Shown: positions 18,866 through 29,933, counted from the first letter of the stretch. The stretch is 64,000 bases of DNA from Candidatus Eiseniibacteriota bacterium (GCA_963783375.1 CAWANH010000028.1:256001-320000); one strand, 5' to 3'. Numbers and translations: made by a program. The notes: generated by a model not told the origin, from the letters alone.

Positions 18866-21033
18866 TCAACGCGGGTAGAATCCGGCGGCGCGCTTCCGGA
18901 GGGCCTCGGAGGGAGCAAGCCGGGGCCCGACCGATCCGGCCAGAGCCTCCAGGCGGTCGACGATCGCCCCCACCCCGCGACGATCCGCGTAGCGGAGGAG
19001 ACCGCCCCGGAAGGGCGGGAACCCGGTTCCCATGACCATGCCGAGGTCCACGTCCAGGGGGCGCGAGGCGATCCCCTCTTCCAGGCACCGGGCGGCCTCG
19101 TTCACCATGGGGAGCACCAGCCGGTCCACCACGTCCTCGGGGGTGAACTCGCGAAGCGTCGGGTTTCCCGCCGCCTGCCGGGCTTCGGGGGAGGGCTCCC
19201 CCTTCCGGCCCGCGGCATAGACGTAGAACCCGCGCCCGGACTTCTTCCCGAAGTGCTTCCCGGCGGTGAGCCGCCCCAGGGTGGCCTCGGGGGGAGACGG
19301 TCCCCGAAGGCCGATTCCAATACGTGAGTGACTTTTTCCGCGACGTCGAGACCGATCTGGTCGAGCAACGCGTAGGGTCCCACCGGCATCCCGAAGTCCG
19401 CCAGCAGGCGGTCCACCCGGACCGGGTCGGCCCCGCTTTCCAGCAGATGGAGCGACTCGCCCAGGTAGAACGCGAGGAGACGGTTGACCAGGAAACCGGG
19501 ACCGTCCTGGACCAGGATGGGGGTTTTCCCGAGATCCAGGGCCAGCCGGTAGGCCGCGGCCACCGCCCGCTCCGAGCTCCGCGGACCGGCCACCACCTCC
19601 ACCAGGGGCATCCGGTCCACCGGGTTGAAGAAGTGGAGCCCCACGATCCGCTCGGGACGGCGGGCGCCCTCCGCGATGTCGGCGATCCGGAGGGAGGAGG
19701 TGTTGGAGGCGATGACCGCGTCGTCGCGCATCGCGGCCTCCATCTCCGCCACCACCTTGCGCTTCACCTCCAGGTTCTCCACCACCGCCTCGACCGCCGC
19801 GTCCACCAGGTTGAAGCCGGTGTAGTCGAGGGTGAAGGAGAGCTTCTCCACCCGGCGGTCGCGCTCGTTCCGGGTGATCCGCCGGCGGCGCGCGCTCTTC
19901 GCCCAGAGGGTCCCCGCGGTGTGCACAGCGCTTTCCAGGGCTTCGGGGGCGATGTCCTTGATCCGGATGGGGAGCCCGCGCTCCCCGGCCAACCAGGCGA
20001 TCCCGCCCCCCATCACCCCCGCGCCGACCACCGCCAGCCGCGAGGCCCTCGCGGCCCCGGCCAGGTCCAACCCCACCGGGGTCTTGGCCTCGGAGGAGAC
20101 CTCGAACAGCCAGCAGAGATTCTTGGAGGTTTCGGTGACGATGGCTTCGCCGAGAAGCCGGGCTTCGTTCCCGTAGGCCGTGGTCTCCCCCATGGAGAAC
20201 CCGCCCACGATCGCCTCCAGGGCGGAGAACGGCGCCGGATAGTGGTCGGGGCGGATGTTTCGGGCCACCGCGCCCCGCGCCTTCCCCGCGATGAAGTTGC
20301 GGATGAAGGGAACCCCGGCCAGGAGACGGTCGGTGCGATCGGGCCGGTGGGGCGTCACCCGGCGGGACCCGGTGAGGATCTCGCGGGCCACCCGGCGTCC
20401 CATCCCCGGGGGGACCAGGGCGTCCACCAGCCCGCGCCGGAACGCGGGCCTGGCGGGGAGGGTCTTTCCGGCCAGGATCAGGTCGAAGGCGGTCCGGATC
20501 CCCACCCGGCGCGGGAGGCGCTGGGTTCCCCCGAAGCCCGGAATGATGCCCAGCTTCACCTCGGGGAGCCCGATCTTCACCGCGTCCCGATTCTCGGCCA
20601 CCCGGTAGCGGCAGGCCAGGGCCAGCTCGAACCCGCCCCCCAGACAGGACCCGGCGATGACCGCGGCGGTGGGTTTGGGGAACCGGGCGATCGCCTCCAT
20701 CACCGCCTGGCCGTAGGCCGACTTGTTCTGGCCGATCCGGGGATCGGTCACCCCGGCGATCTCCTTCACGTCGGCCCCGGCGATGAAGTTGTCCGGCTTC
20801 TCGCTGACGAAGGCCAGGGCCGTCACCCCCCGCCGTTGAGCCTCGTCGAGCAGATCCCGGAGCGCCTCCATGAGCGGGGTGGTGAGCTTGTTCACCTTCT
20901 CCCCGGGGAGGTCGAACAGGATCCAGCCGATGCCGTCGGGGTCCACCTCCAGGCGGACCCCGCGCGCGGCGGTGTCCGGGGCGGGCCGCGAGGGACCCTC
21001 GAAGTCCAGGCTGGTCTGGGGTTTCTCGTTCAT
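18866..21033 (-). CDS. fadJ: Fatty-acid oxidation multifunctional subunit (enoyl-CoA hydratase/3-hydroxyacyl-CoA dehydrogenase), split by a 1-nt frameshift at about 19290
   Basis: [61 protein letters not shown]. Adding one base in the G6 run at 19289-19294 restores GKKSGRGFY...[10 protein letters not shown]. Confidence 0.88.
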
Positions 21034-22322
21034 GCCCGCTCCAGGACCACGGCGCCCCCCTGGCCGCCGCCGATGCAAAGGGTGACCAGTCCCAGCGCCG
21101 CCGCCCGTCGCCGCATCTCGTAGAGCAGCGTCAACACCAACCGCGCCCCCGTGGCTCCCACCGGGTGCCCGAGCGCGATAGCCCCTCCGTTCACGTTCAG
21201 GATCCCGCGGTCGATCTCCCCCACCGCGCGCATGAGCCCCAGCTCTTCCCGGGCGAAGGCGTCCGAGGCGAAGGCGGTCTCGTTGGCGATGACCTGGGCC
21301 GCGAACGCCTCGTTCATCTCGATGAGCTCGACGTCCTTCCACGACACCCCGGCCGCGTCCAGAGCCTTGGGAGTGGAGAAGACCGGCCCGAGCCCCATGC
21401 GGGAGGGTGCGAGCCCGGCGAACTCGACGGAGCGGACCCAACCCAGCACCGGCAGCCGGCGCTCGGTGACCGCCTTCTCCGAGGCCATGACCAGGGCCGC
21501 CGCCCCGTCGGTGATCTGGCTGGAGTTCCCCGCGGTCACGCTCCCGTAGCGCCGGTCGAAGACGGTGGGAAGCTTGGCCAGGGCCTCCATGGATTGCTCG
21601 TGCCGGATGCCCACGTCCCGGACGGCGAAGCGGTCGTAGTCGGGGGGGAGCGGAACCGGGACGATCTCCTCGGCCAGCCGGCCCGCCGCCTGGGCCGCCG
21701 CCGCCCGCTGGTGGCTCTGGAGCGCGAGCTCGTCCTGGGCCTTCCGCGACACCTGGAACTCCCGGGCCAGAACCTCGGCGGTCTCTCCCATGTTGAGACC
21801 GCAGTAGTTGTCGGTCAGCCCCACCGCCAGGCCGATCAGCGGCGAGAAGTCGGCGGGGCGAAACGACGCGAAGGCGGCGAGACGGGCGGGGAGCGTCCGG
21901 GCCCGCATGACGCGCTCGAACTTGGCCTTGGCCCCCGGCCGGAAGAAGAGCGGGATCTGGGACATGGACTCGGTCCCGCCCACCGCGATCAGGTCGGCCC
22001 GGCCGAGCCGGATCCGGTGCATGGCGTCGGCCACCGCCTGGAGACCCGAGCCGCAGTTCCGGTTCACGGTATAGGCGGAAGTCGAAAGCGGACAGCCGGC
22101 CCGGAGCGCGATGACCCGGGAGATGTTGGTGGCCTCGGCCGGCTGGGCGATGTTCCCGAAGATGACTTCCTGGACGTCCCCCGGAGCGGTGCCCGCCCGC
22201 TCCAATGCCTCGCGCAGAGCCACCCGCCCCAGCTCGTAAGCGGGAACGCGCTTCTGGTCCGCACCCATCTTGGTGAAGGGGGTCCGGGCTCCGGCGACGA
22301 CGGCGACGCGTGGTGTGATCAT
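21030..22322 (-). CDS. fadI: Acetyl-CoA C-acyltransferase (thiolase)
   Basis: ARTPF, TVNRNCGSG, NSSQITDGAAA, NEAFA, GGAIALGHPVGATG, LCIGGGQG; stop overlaps the fadJ start. Confidence 0.9.
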   Translation of the reverse strand: MITPRVAVVAGARTPFTKMGADQKRVPAYELGRVALREALERAGTAPGDVQEVIFGNIAQPAEATNISRVIALRAGCPLSTSAYTVNRNCGSGLQAVADAMHRIRLGRADLIAVGGTESMSQIPLFFRPGAKAKFERVMRARTLPARLAAFASFRPADFSPLIGLAVGLTDNYCGLNMGETAEVLAREFQVSRKAQDELALQSHQRAAAAQAAGRLAEEIVPVPLPPDYDRFAVRDVGIRHEQSMEALAKLPTVFDRRYGSVTAGNSSQITDGAAALVMASEKAVTERRLPVLGWVRSVEFAGLAPSRMGLGPVFSTPKALDAAGVSWKDVELIEMNEAFAAQVIANETAFASDAFAREELGLMRAVGEIDRGILNVNGGAIALGHPVGATGARLVLTLLYEMRRRAAALGLVTLCIGGGQGGAVVLERA

Positions 22323-22442
22323 GGCGCTATCGATTGTGCCCGGTCGGACGGATTTTCGCCAGGGGCACGCTCGGGGCGCGCACGGAGGCCGGACGTCATT
22401 CACGATCGGGGGAGTCCGCTTCCCGACCCTTGACCTAGGCGA

Positions 22443-22886
22443 CTAGTAGTGGGCCTTCAGGAGCCCCCAGGTGACCGGCACCACCGGGGTGGTGGACGTC
22501 ACGGTGAAGCCGAGCGCCACGGTGTCGGGAGGCGTGACGATGTCCCCCCGGGCGTCGAAGCCGGTCAGGACGCCGACGAGCTCGTAGTGTCCGGGAGGGA
22601 GGGGGCCCACCCCGCAGGCCTCGTCCACCCGGCGGGCGGGGAGGAGGCAGGGCTCGTCCCGGCGGATGAGATCCACCGAGATCGTGCCGGTGGTGTCGCT
22701 CACGCCGCAGGAGACTCCCTGCACGTCCCAGCAGGTCCCGGGAAGTTCGGTGCTCAGCACGAACCCGATCGAATCCCCGGCCGCCGGATCCGGCGGCGTG
22801 ACCTGAAGCAGGAACGGGGGAATGTCGGCCGACGCCGTCGCGGCCAGGGATCCGAGCAGGAACAACGCGAGGATAGTCGATTTCAT
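22443..22886 (-). CDS. Small secreted hypothetical protein with C-terminal TWG motif
   Basis: Signal peptide (ATASA-D), 4 Cys, LPPGHY, ends PVVPVTWGLLKAHY. Confidence 0.7.
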   Translation of the reverse strand: MKSTILALFLLGSLAATASADIPPFLLQVTPPDPAAGDSIGFVLSTELPGTCWDVQGVSCGVSDTTGTISVDLIRRDEPCLLPARRVDEACGVGPLPPGHYELVGVLTGFDARGDIVTPPDTVALGFTVTSTTPVVPVTWGLLKAHY

Positions 22887-23097
22887 TTCCGCCTCTTAAG
22901 CCGGTCCGTCCGGTCCGGGAGAGACCGGGCGGGCCATGATTGATCGCGAGATGTAATGTGCGGTGAGGCCGCCTTCTTCACTACCCCGTGCGGGTCCCCC
23001 GCCTTCCCGGTCGGGCGTCAAGACCTCGGTGAAAGCGGGCGGCAAACGCCGGGGACGGGCCGGGGAGCGGGAAGCACCGGCGCGGTCGAATTGGCGA

Positions 23098-24324
23098 TCA
23101 GGAGGTGGGAGCGGCGTACCGCGCGGCCACGTAGTCGTCGAGCAGGGCCAGGAAATCCAGAACCAGGCCGTCCCCCCGGAGCGTCGCGTGGAGCCGGCCG
23201 TCGACGTAGACCGGGGCCTTGGGATCCTCGCCGGACCCGGGCAGCGAGATCCCGATGTCGGCGTGCTTGGACTCGCCGGGACCGTTCACCACGCAGCCCA
23301 TCACCGCCACCTTGAGCTCGCCGATCCCGGGATACGTCTTTCGCCATTCCGTCATGCGGCTCCGGATGTGCCCCTGGATCTCCTCGGCCAGCTCCTGGAA
23401 GAAGGTGCTGGTGGTCCGCCCGCAACCCGGACAGGCGCTAACCTGGGGAGAGAAGTGGCGGAGTCCCAGGGACTGGAGGATTTGCTGGGCGATCCGGACC
23501 TCTTCGGTGCGATCGCCTCCCGGCCGCGGGGTAAGGCTCACCCGGATGGTGTCCCCGATCCCCTCCTGGAGCAGCACGCTCAGGGCGGCGGTGGAGGCCA
23601 CCGTTCCCTTCATCCCCATCCCGGCCTCGGTGAGACCGAGGTGAAGGGGGTAATCGCACCGCGCGGCCAGCTCCCGGTAGACGTCGATCAGGTCCTGAAC
23701 CCCCGAGGTCTTGGCGGAGAGGGTGATCCGGTCGTGGGGGAGCCCGTACTCCTCGGCCAGCTCCGCCGAGCCCACCGCGCTCTGGACCAGGGCCTCGACG
23801 ATGACCCGGCGATCGTCGCGGGGCCGGTCCAGGGCCGCGTTCGCGTCCATCAACCGGGTGAGGAGCGACTGGTCCAGCGAGCCCCAGTTGACCCCGATCC
23901 GCACCGGCTTCCCGTGCTCCGCCGCGACCTCGATCATCCGCCGGAAGTTGGCGTCGTGATGGCGCCCCTGCCCGACGTTCCCCGGGTTGATGCGGTACTT
24001 GTCCAGGGTCCGGGCGCAATCGGGATGCTCGACCAGGAGCAGGTGGCCGTTGTAGTGGAAGTCCCCGATCAGGGGAACCGCTACCCCGAGGTCCTCCAGC
24101 CGCCGGCGGATCTCCGGCACCGCCCCGGCGGCGGCCCGGGTGTTGACGGTGATCCGCACCAGCTCGCTCCCCGCCTGGGCCAGCTCCGCCGTCTGGGCGG
24201 CGGTGGACGCGGCATCCTCGGTGTCGGTGTTGGTCATGGACTGGACCACAACCGGATGGGCGGAGCCCAGGGGAACTCCGCCCACCACACAGGTCACCGT
24301 CTCTCGACGTACGATCTCAGCCAT
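23098..24324 (-). CDS. ispG: (E)-4-hydroxy-3-methylbut-2-enyl-diphosphate synthase
   Basis: [70 protein letters not shown]. Confidence 0.97.
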   Translation of the reverse strand: MAEIVRRETVTCVVGGVPLGSAHPVVVQSMTNTDTEDAASTAAQTAELAQAGSELVRITVNTRAAAGAVPEIRRRLEDLGVAVPLIGDFHYNGHLLLVEHPDCARTLDKYRINPGNVGQGRHHDANFRRMIEVAAEHGKPVRIGVNWGSLDQSLLTRLMDANAALDRPRDDRRVIVEALVQSAVGSAELAEEYGLPHDRITLSAKTSGVQDLIDVYRELAARCDYPLHLGLTEAGMGMKGTVASTAALSVLLQEGIGDTIRVSLTPRPGGDRTEEVRIAQQILQSLGLRHFSPQVSACPGCGRTTSTFFQELAEEIQGHIRSRMTEWRKTYPGIGELKVAVMGCVVNGPGESKHADIGISLPGSGEDPKAPVYVDGRLHATLRGDGLVLDFLALLDDYVAARYAAPTS

Positions 24325-24333
24325 GGGTTCGCT

Positions 24334-25749
24334 CTACGGGAAGACTCCCAGTTCGAGGTAGGACCGCGCCACCTTCTCGATGGCGATGGCGTAGGCCGCG
24401 GTCCGGAGCATGGTGATGCGATCGTCCGAGAGCATCTTCTGGGCGATCTCCCGGAAGGCCACCACCATGGTCTCCTCCAGGCCGGAGTACACGATGTCCT
24501 CCTCCTCGGCGCCGCGGATCACCCGGGCGCGGGCGGCCGGGCTCAACTCTTTCCCGGTCAGCTCCTCCAGGGCGGCCACCATGTGGGCGTGGGAGGCTTC
24601 CTGGAAGCGCTTGTCCATCCGTCCGAAACGGACGTGGGAGAGGTTCTTCAGCCACTCGAAGTAGGAGACCGTCACTCCCCCCGCATTGAGATACAGATCG
24701 GGGATGACCAGCCTTCCCCGTTCGAAGAGGGTATCGGCGGCGTTGACGGTGATCGGTCCGTTGGCCGCCTCGGCCACCACTTTCGCCTTCACCCGCTCCA
24801 CGTTGGCGGTGCGGATCTGGCGCTCCAGGGCGGCGGGGACCAGGATGTCGCACTCCACCTCGAGGACGGCCAGGGGATCGTCGATGGTCTTCGCCCCCGG
24901 AAGGTTCCGGATGGACCCGGTCTCCCTCCAATGAGCCATGATGTCATCCAGGACGAGGCCGTTCGGATCCACCAGGGTCCCGTCCCGCTCGGCGACCGCC
25001 ACCAGCTTGCAGCCGGCCTCGGTCAGGAACTTGGCCGCGTAGAAGCCCACGTTCCCCAGGCCCTGGACCGCCACGCTCTTCCCTTCCAGCCCCGGCTCGA
25101 GGCCCACGCGGGCCATGAGATCCCGGTGGGTCAGGCACTCCCGGATGCCGTAGAAGCACCCCAGGCCGGTGGCCTCCCGGCGTCCCCGGATCCCCCCCTG
25201 GGTCACCGGCTTGCCGGTCACACAGGCGTCGGCATCGATGTCGCCGGGGTGGAACGCGGAATAGGTGTCCACCATCCAGGCCATCTCGCGCTCCCCCGTC
25301 CCGTAGTCGGGTGCGGGAACGTCGATCCCCGGGCCGATGAAGTTCTTCCGGCAAAGTTCGGCGGTGTAGCGGCGGGTGATGGTCTCCAGTTCCTCGTCCG
25401 AGTACTGGGGGACGCTGATCTTGATCCCGCCCTTGGCCCCGCCGAACGGGGCGTCCACGATGGCGCACTTGTAGGTCATGAGCGCGGCCAGGGCCATCAC
25501 CTCGTCCTGGTCCACGGCCTGGCTGTAGCGGATGCCGCCCTTGGTGGGGAGCCGGTGCTGGCTGTGCTCGACCCGCCAGGCGGAGATGACCTCGTAGCCG
25601 CCCCCCTGCTTCTTGATCGGAAACTGCATGAAGTACACGCTGTTGCAGTGCCGAATCTGATCGAAGAGGCCCTTTGGATAACTCAGCAGGGCGGAGGCCC
25701 GGTCGAAGTTGCGATTTACGTCGCCGAAAAAACTCGTTTTCTCGGACAA
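24334..25749 (-). CDS. gdhA: Glu/Leu/Phe/Val dehydrogenase (glutamate dehydrogenase)
   Basis: PTKGGIRY, MTYKCA..PFGGAKGG, DVPAPD, QGLGNVG, EAANGP, NAGGVTVSYFEW; TTG start with GGAGG RBS. Confidence 0.93.
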   Translation of the reverse strand: MSEKTSFFGDVNRNFDRASALLSYPKGLFDQIRHCNSVYFMQFPIKKQGGGYEVISAWRVEHSQHRLPTKGGIRYSQAVDQDEVMALAALMTYKCAIVDAPFGGAKGGIKISVPQYSDEELETITRRYTAELCRKNFIGPGIDVPAPDYGTGEREMAWMVDTYSAFHPGDIDADACVTGKPVTQGGIRGRREATGLGCFYGIRECLTHRDLMARVGLEPGLEGKSVAVQGLGNVGFYAAKFLTEAGCKLVAVAERDGTLVDPNGLVLDDIMAHWRETGSIRNLPGAKTIDDPLAVLEVECDILVPAALERQIRTANVERVKAKVVAEAANGPITVNAADTLFERGRLVIPDLYLNAGGVTVSYFEWLKNLSHVRFGRMDKRFQEASHAHMVAALEELTGKELSPAARARVIRGAEEEDIVYSGLEETMVVAFREIAQKMLSDDRITMLRTAAYAIAIEKVARSYLELGVFP

Positions 25750-25909
25750 GCGAAAAACCTCCCGTTTCGAGGCCCGATGAGGCCGTTCAGCACACCCCGG
25801 GGGGAATCAGAGGGTCTGGTTCCACGGGCGAACGAACACAGATGGATCTGGAACCGCACAAGCCTAGCATGACCGGGGGGCCGGCCGGGACCGGGACGGG
25901 GACAAGGCG

Positions 25910-26644
25910 TCAGGCACCCTCATCCCGGACCACGAAGAAGGAAACCTGGTTCTGCAGTTCCCCAGGAACGCACTCCGCCTTGACCTGGACCCGGACCGAC
26001 TTCAGAACGTGGAAGACCCAGGACCCGATCCGGCCCTGTTCCCGGTTCCAGAGAAGGGTTCTCCGGCCGCCTCCCAGGACGAATTGGAGCTGGTAGTTGC
26101 GGACCTGGAGGAAGCAGGCGCTGTTCTCCTCGCGGGGATCGCACCCGGCGCTGCCGAAGAACACGTTCAGGTCGCCGTCGGTTCCCAGGCTCCCGTACCC
26201 GTCCGGGAAGATCCGGGGCTCGGAAGGGAGCCAGTCGGTCACTCCCATGTACCTCAATCCCTTGTCGTCGAGGATCTTGAAGCCGAAAGCCGGGGGAACT
26301 CCCCCCAACATCTGGAAGGTGAAGGTGTAGGTCGAGTCGACCTCGATCGGGAGGGCGTAACCCAGCCGGGGAAAGACGAACCGGACCGGCCGATCCGCGG
26401 CGGTCCGCACGCCATACTCGTAGGTGGCCGGTGTGTCCTCCCCAACCCGGATGCTCCGCACCGTGGCGGTGAAGGTCTGGATCTGCTCGTCCACCGCGGG
26501 GTCCACGGAGAAGCTGAACTCGGGTTCCGGGAGCCGCGTGCAGTGCTCGGGCTGGTTGTTGCAGCCGACGAGCGCCAGGACGACCAGACCGCCCCCGATC
26601 GCCGCCGGCCGCGACCACCGCGACACGAAACGTCCTGAGTTCAT
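25910..26644 (-). CDS. Hypothetical lipoprotein
   Basis: Lipobox LVG-C; coding-like codon bias. Confidence 0.7.
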   Translation of the reverse strand: MNSGRFVSRWSRPAAIGGGLVVLALVGCNNQPEHCTRLPEPEFSFSVDPAVDEQIQTFTATVRSIRVGEDTPATYEYGVRTAADRPVRFVFPRLGYALPIEVDSTYTFTFQMLGGVPPAFGFKILDDKGLRYMGVTDWLPSEPRIFPDGYGSLGTDGDLNVFFGSAGCDPREENSACFLQVRNYQLQFVLGGGRRTLLWNREQGRIGSWVFHVLKSVRVQVKAECVPGELQNQVSFFVVRDEGA

Positions 26645-27192
26645 GGGACTCCTCTTCCAAGCCCGAATCCGGCCGGAGCCGGGTGCATGGCGCCTCGCCG
26701 CCCCATCGGGGATCCCCGGCAGTCGGACGCGTCGGCTGAGCTTACCGCGTCGGGGGGAGCTTCCCAAGGCCGCATCGGGGGGGGAGATCACCGAAGCCCC
26801 GGAACCCGGTCACGCCGACCGGCGGGGCGCGTAGTGGGGAATAGGACCTCCCCCCGGAGAAGTATCTCCTGGTGTTCGAGCCCGTCTATTCCGATGACGG
26901 ACACAGATCGAACCGGACCTGCCGTTTATCCCGATGTCCGGCGGGGATCCGAAGCGCACCTGGCCGAGCTCCCCAGCGTCACACTCTGGCCGGAAGCGAT
27001 CGGTCCCCGCCGGCGTTTCCCGTCCCAGCGGCCCGGGTCTCATGCGAGTTCCCTGCCTCGCCCCCCCGCCGGACCCCGAAATCCCCGTATTCCGGCGATT
27101 TCCGCGCATCGCATCTCAATCGGGTCCCCTCATCCGCCGATAATTCAAGGGTGGATACCTACAACTTGTTACCAAACAGGCACTTGCGTGTA

Positions 27193-27630
27193 ATGACCGG
27201 CCCGGGGGCGTCGACCCGCCTTCGTCGCGGCCTCCGGGCCCTCCTGGTTCTCGACGTGCGCCGTCCCGAGGCCCGCGCCCTGGCCATCCTGGCCGTCGAG
27301 GAACTTGTGGCCAACATCGCCGAGCACGGCTACGGCGGCGAAGCGGGGCGCCCCATCGCCCTGAGCGTCCAGGCCCGGGAGGACGAGAGCTTCGAGATCA
27401 CGATCCGGGACCGGGCGCCGTCGGTGGACGTGACCGGGATTCCGCCGAAGAACCTGGGGCGCCTGGCTCACGACCGCGCGGTCCGGGGAAGGGGGTTGGC
27501 CATGGCTCGCCTGCTCTCCCGCTCCATGGAACACCACCTCCGCCCGGGCGGCGGGAACGAGCTGACCCTGGTTTTCGACGCCGTCGATCTCTCGCGGCGG
27601 GTGGCGGAGGATCTCGGTGACGCAGCCTGA
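27193..27630 (+). CDS. RsbW-like anti-sigma factor / Ser kinase (HATPase_c)
   Basis: LAVEELVANIAEHGY (N box), IRDRAP, RGRGL, GGNEL. Start may instead be GTG at 27151. Confidence 0.8.
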   Translation: MTGPGASTRLRRGLRALLVLDVRRPEARALAILAVEELVANIAEHGYGGEAGRPIALSVQAREDESFEITIRDRAPSVDVTGIPPKNLGRLAHDRAVRGRGLAMARLLSRSMEHHLRPGGGNELTLVFDAVDLSRRVAEDLGDAA

Positions 27631-28001
27631 CCGCGACACCCATCTCATTTCCATCTCGCGCATCGCCTGCGTGGGAAAGCGCGGAGGTGTCGGTCCAACG
27701 GTTCCGCGGAGCGGTCCGGGAATCCACCCTCGACGACTTCCGCGATCGCCTGGCCGAGGCCGGGGAGCGGGCCCCCTTCCTGCTCCTGGACCTTTCGGAG
27801 ACGGAGTACCTGAGCTCCACCGGCCTGGGCCTCATCCTGGGACAGGCGGAGGTCCAGGAAGCGCGGGGAGGGTGGCTCCGGCTGGTCGCCCCATCCCCCG
27901 CGGTGAGCATGATCCTCCGTCTCTCGGGAGTCAGCGAGACGCTCCCCCCCTGGAGGGACGAGACCAACGCCCTGCGGGACCTGGCTTCCCGGGCCGCCTA
28001 A
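27617..28001 (+). CDS. STAS anti-anti-sigma factor (probable frameshift near 27673)
   Basis: LLLDLSETEYLSSTGLG, L.LV.PSPAV..IL.LSG. The RBS-backed GTG at 27617 is out of frame with the STAS body by one base; otherwise the start is 27687. Confidence 0.8.
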
Positions 28002-28053
28002 CGAACCCACCACGGCGGCGGGCGGCGGGCGCCCGCCGGCCGGCCCGGGCGGC

Positions 28054-29019
28054 TCACCGGTTCCGGAGCCTCGGATCCAGCGCGTCGCGGAGCCCGTCCC
28101 CCAGGAAGTTCAAGGAGAACAGAGTCAATCCCAGGGCCAGCCCCGGGAAGAGGATCAGCCACCACGCGGTGTGGATGGCGGTGATGGCGCTCGCCCCCTC
28201 GGCGGCCAAGAGTCCCCAGGACGCGTTGGGCGGTTGTACCCCGAGGCCGAGGAAGGACAGAAAGGCCTCCTCCAGCATGACCGCGGGCACGGTGAGGGTG
28301 GCGTAGACGATGATGGGGCCGAGGAGGTTGGGGATCAGGTGCCGGAAGATGATCCGGCGATGGCTCCCGCCGAGGGCGACGATGGCGTGGACGAACTCCT
28401 GGCTCCGGAGCTGGATCATCTGGCCGCGCACGATCCGGCTCATGGTGAGCCACTGCACCGCTCCCAAGGCAAGGAAGAGCAGGACCAGGTGCCTCCCGAA
28501 GTAGGCCACGAGCAGAATGACGAAGAACATGAACGGGAGGCTGTAGAGCATGTCCACGAAGCGCATCATCGCGTTGTCGGTGAGGCCGCCTCGGTAGCCG
28601 GCCACCGCCCCCCAGGTCACCCCGATGGCCAGGCTCACCAGGGTGGCCACCAGGCCCACCGCCAGCGATAGCCGGCCTCCGTAGAGAACCCGGGTGTAGA
28701 CGTCGCGGCCGGCGAGGTCGGTGCCGAAGGGATGATGCAGGTTCGGGGGCTGGAGCTGGTTCACCAGGTCCTGATCCTCGAAGTGGTACGGGGTGAGGAG
28801 CGGGGCGGCGAGGGTGGCGGCAACGATGATCACCAGGAGCACCCCGCCGGTCACCGCCATCCGGCTCTTCAGGAGCCGCCGGAAGGCATCCTTCCAGAAC
28901 CCCACCCCGGCCACCGGCTCGGCGGGGCGCGCCCCGGGGTCCAGGGCGATCTCCCGATCGGGCGTCTTCCAGCCCGCGTCGCGGGCCCGGGAGGTGACCA
29001 CGGGGCGGTCCTCGCTCAT
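28054..29019 (-). CDS. oppC: Oligopeptide ABC transporter permease
   Basis: HPFGTDLAGRD..R..YGGRLSL, RHLIPN, EAFLSFLGLGVQPP..SWG, NFLGDGLRDALDPR. Confidence 0.93.
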   Translation of the reverse strand: MSEDRPVVTSRARDAGWKTPDREIALDPGARPAEPVAGVGFWKDAFRRLLKSRMAVTGGVLLVIIVAATLAAPLLTPYHFEDQDLVNQLQPPNLHHPFGTDLAGRDVYTRVLYGGRLSLAVGLVATLVSLAIGVTWGAVAGYRGGLTDNAMMRFVDMLYSLPFMFFVILLVAYFGRHLVLLFLALGAVQWLTMSRIVRGQMIQLRSQEFVHAIVALGGSHRRIIFRHLIPNLLGPIIVYATLTVPAVMLEEAFLSFLGLGVQPPNASWGLLAAEGASAITAIHTAWWLILFPGLALGLTLFSLNFLGDGLRDALDPRLRNR

Positions 29020-29933
29020 CGAAGCTCCACCCGCGGGTCCACCACCGCGTACAGGACGTCCACCAGCAGGTTCAACGTGATGAGGAGGCCGCTGTAGAGG
29101 AGCACCGTTCCCATGGCCACGGTGTAATCGCGGTTGAGCGCCGAGTTCACGAAGAAGCTTCCCAGCCCGGGGATGTTGAACACCCGCTCCACCACCACCG
29201 AACCCACCAGGATGCTGGCCGCGGCCGGCCCCAGGTAGCTCAGGACGGGAAGAATCGCCACCCGGAGCGCGTGCTTCCCCACCACCACCCGCTCCCGGAG
29301 GCCCTTGGCCCGGGCGGTGCGGATGAAGTCCAGACGGATCACCTCGAGCATCCCCGCCCGGGACAGCCGGGCCACGTAGGCGGCCCGGATCGCTCCCAGG
29401 GTCACCGCGGGGAGGAGGAGCTGCCGGAACGTGCCCCATCCCCCGGCGGGGAGCCAGCCCAGGGTGAAGGAGAAGATGATGATCAGGATGGGGCCGAGAA
29501 CGAAGTTTGGAATGCAGATCCCCATGAGGCTGAAGCCCATCACCGCGTAGTCCCGGCTCTGGTTGTGGTAGAGGGCGCCGAATACCCCGGCGGGAATCCC
29601 CAGCAGGAGCGCCAGAGCCAGGGCCATGGCCCCCAGGGTGAGGCTCACCGGGAGCGACTGGGCGATGATCTCGTTCACGGTGCGGGCGGGGTACTTGAAC
29701 GAGGGGCCGAGGTCCCCGTGGAGGAGCCCGCCCACGTAGCGCAGGAACTGCCGCCCCAGGGATTCGTCCAGGTGGTACTTGGCCTCGAGGTTCCGCTCGA
29801 TCTGGGGGGAGACGCTTCGCTCCGCGTCGAAGGGCCCGCCGGGGGCGGACCGCATGAACACGAAGCTGAAGAACAGGATCGCGAACAGGAGGGGGATCGT
29901 GGAGAGGAGACGGCGGACGACGTAGGCGGTCAT
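29016..29933 (-). CDS. oppB: Oligopeptide ABC transporter permease
   Basis: APGGPFD, GDLGPSF, FIRTARAKGL, HALR, DVLYAVVDPRV. Confidence 0.93.
   Translation of the reverse strand: MTAYVVRRLLSTIPLLFAILFFSFVFMRSAPGGPFDAERSVSPQIERNLEAKYHLDESLGRQFLRYVGGLLHGDLGPSFKYPARTVNEIIAQSLPVSLTLGAMALALALLLGIPAGVFGALYHNQSRDYAVMGFSLMGICIPNFVLGPILIIIFSFTLGWLPAGGWGTFRQLLLPAVTLGAIRAAYVARLSRAGMLEVIRLDFIRTARAKGLRERVVVGKHALRVAILPVLSYLGPAAASILVGSVVVERVFNIPGLGSFFVNSALNRDYTVAMGTVLLYSGLLITLNLLVDVLYAVVDPRVELR

Noticed and set aside
18866-21033. fadJ and receiver-TrxR as true pseudogenes
   Set aside because: Each has a single indel in a homopolymer with both halves otherwise intact, so sequencing error is more parsimonious.
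22963-25872. 969-aa + strand ORF
   Set aside because: Antisense shadow of ispG and gdhA. High GC3 removes stops on the opposite strand, and it has no family motifs.
26860-27060. 6S RNA or known riboswitch
   Set aside because: The 5' and 3' ends do not form the 6S terminal stem, and no riboswitch consensus was recognised.
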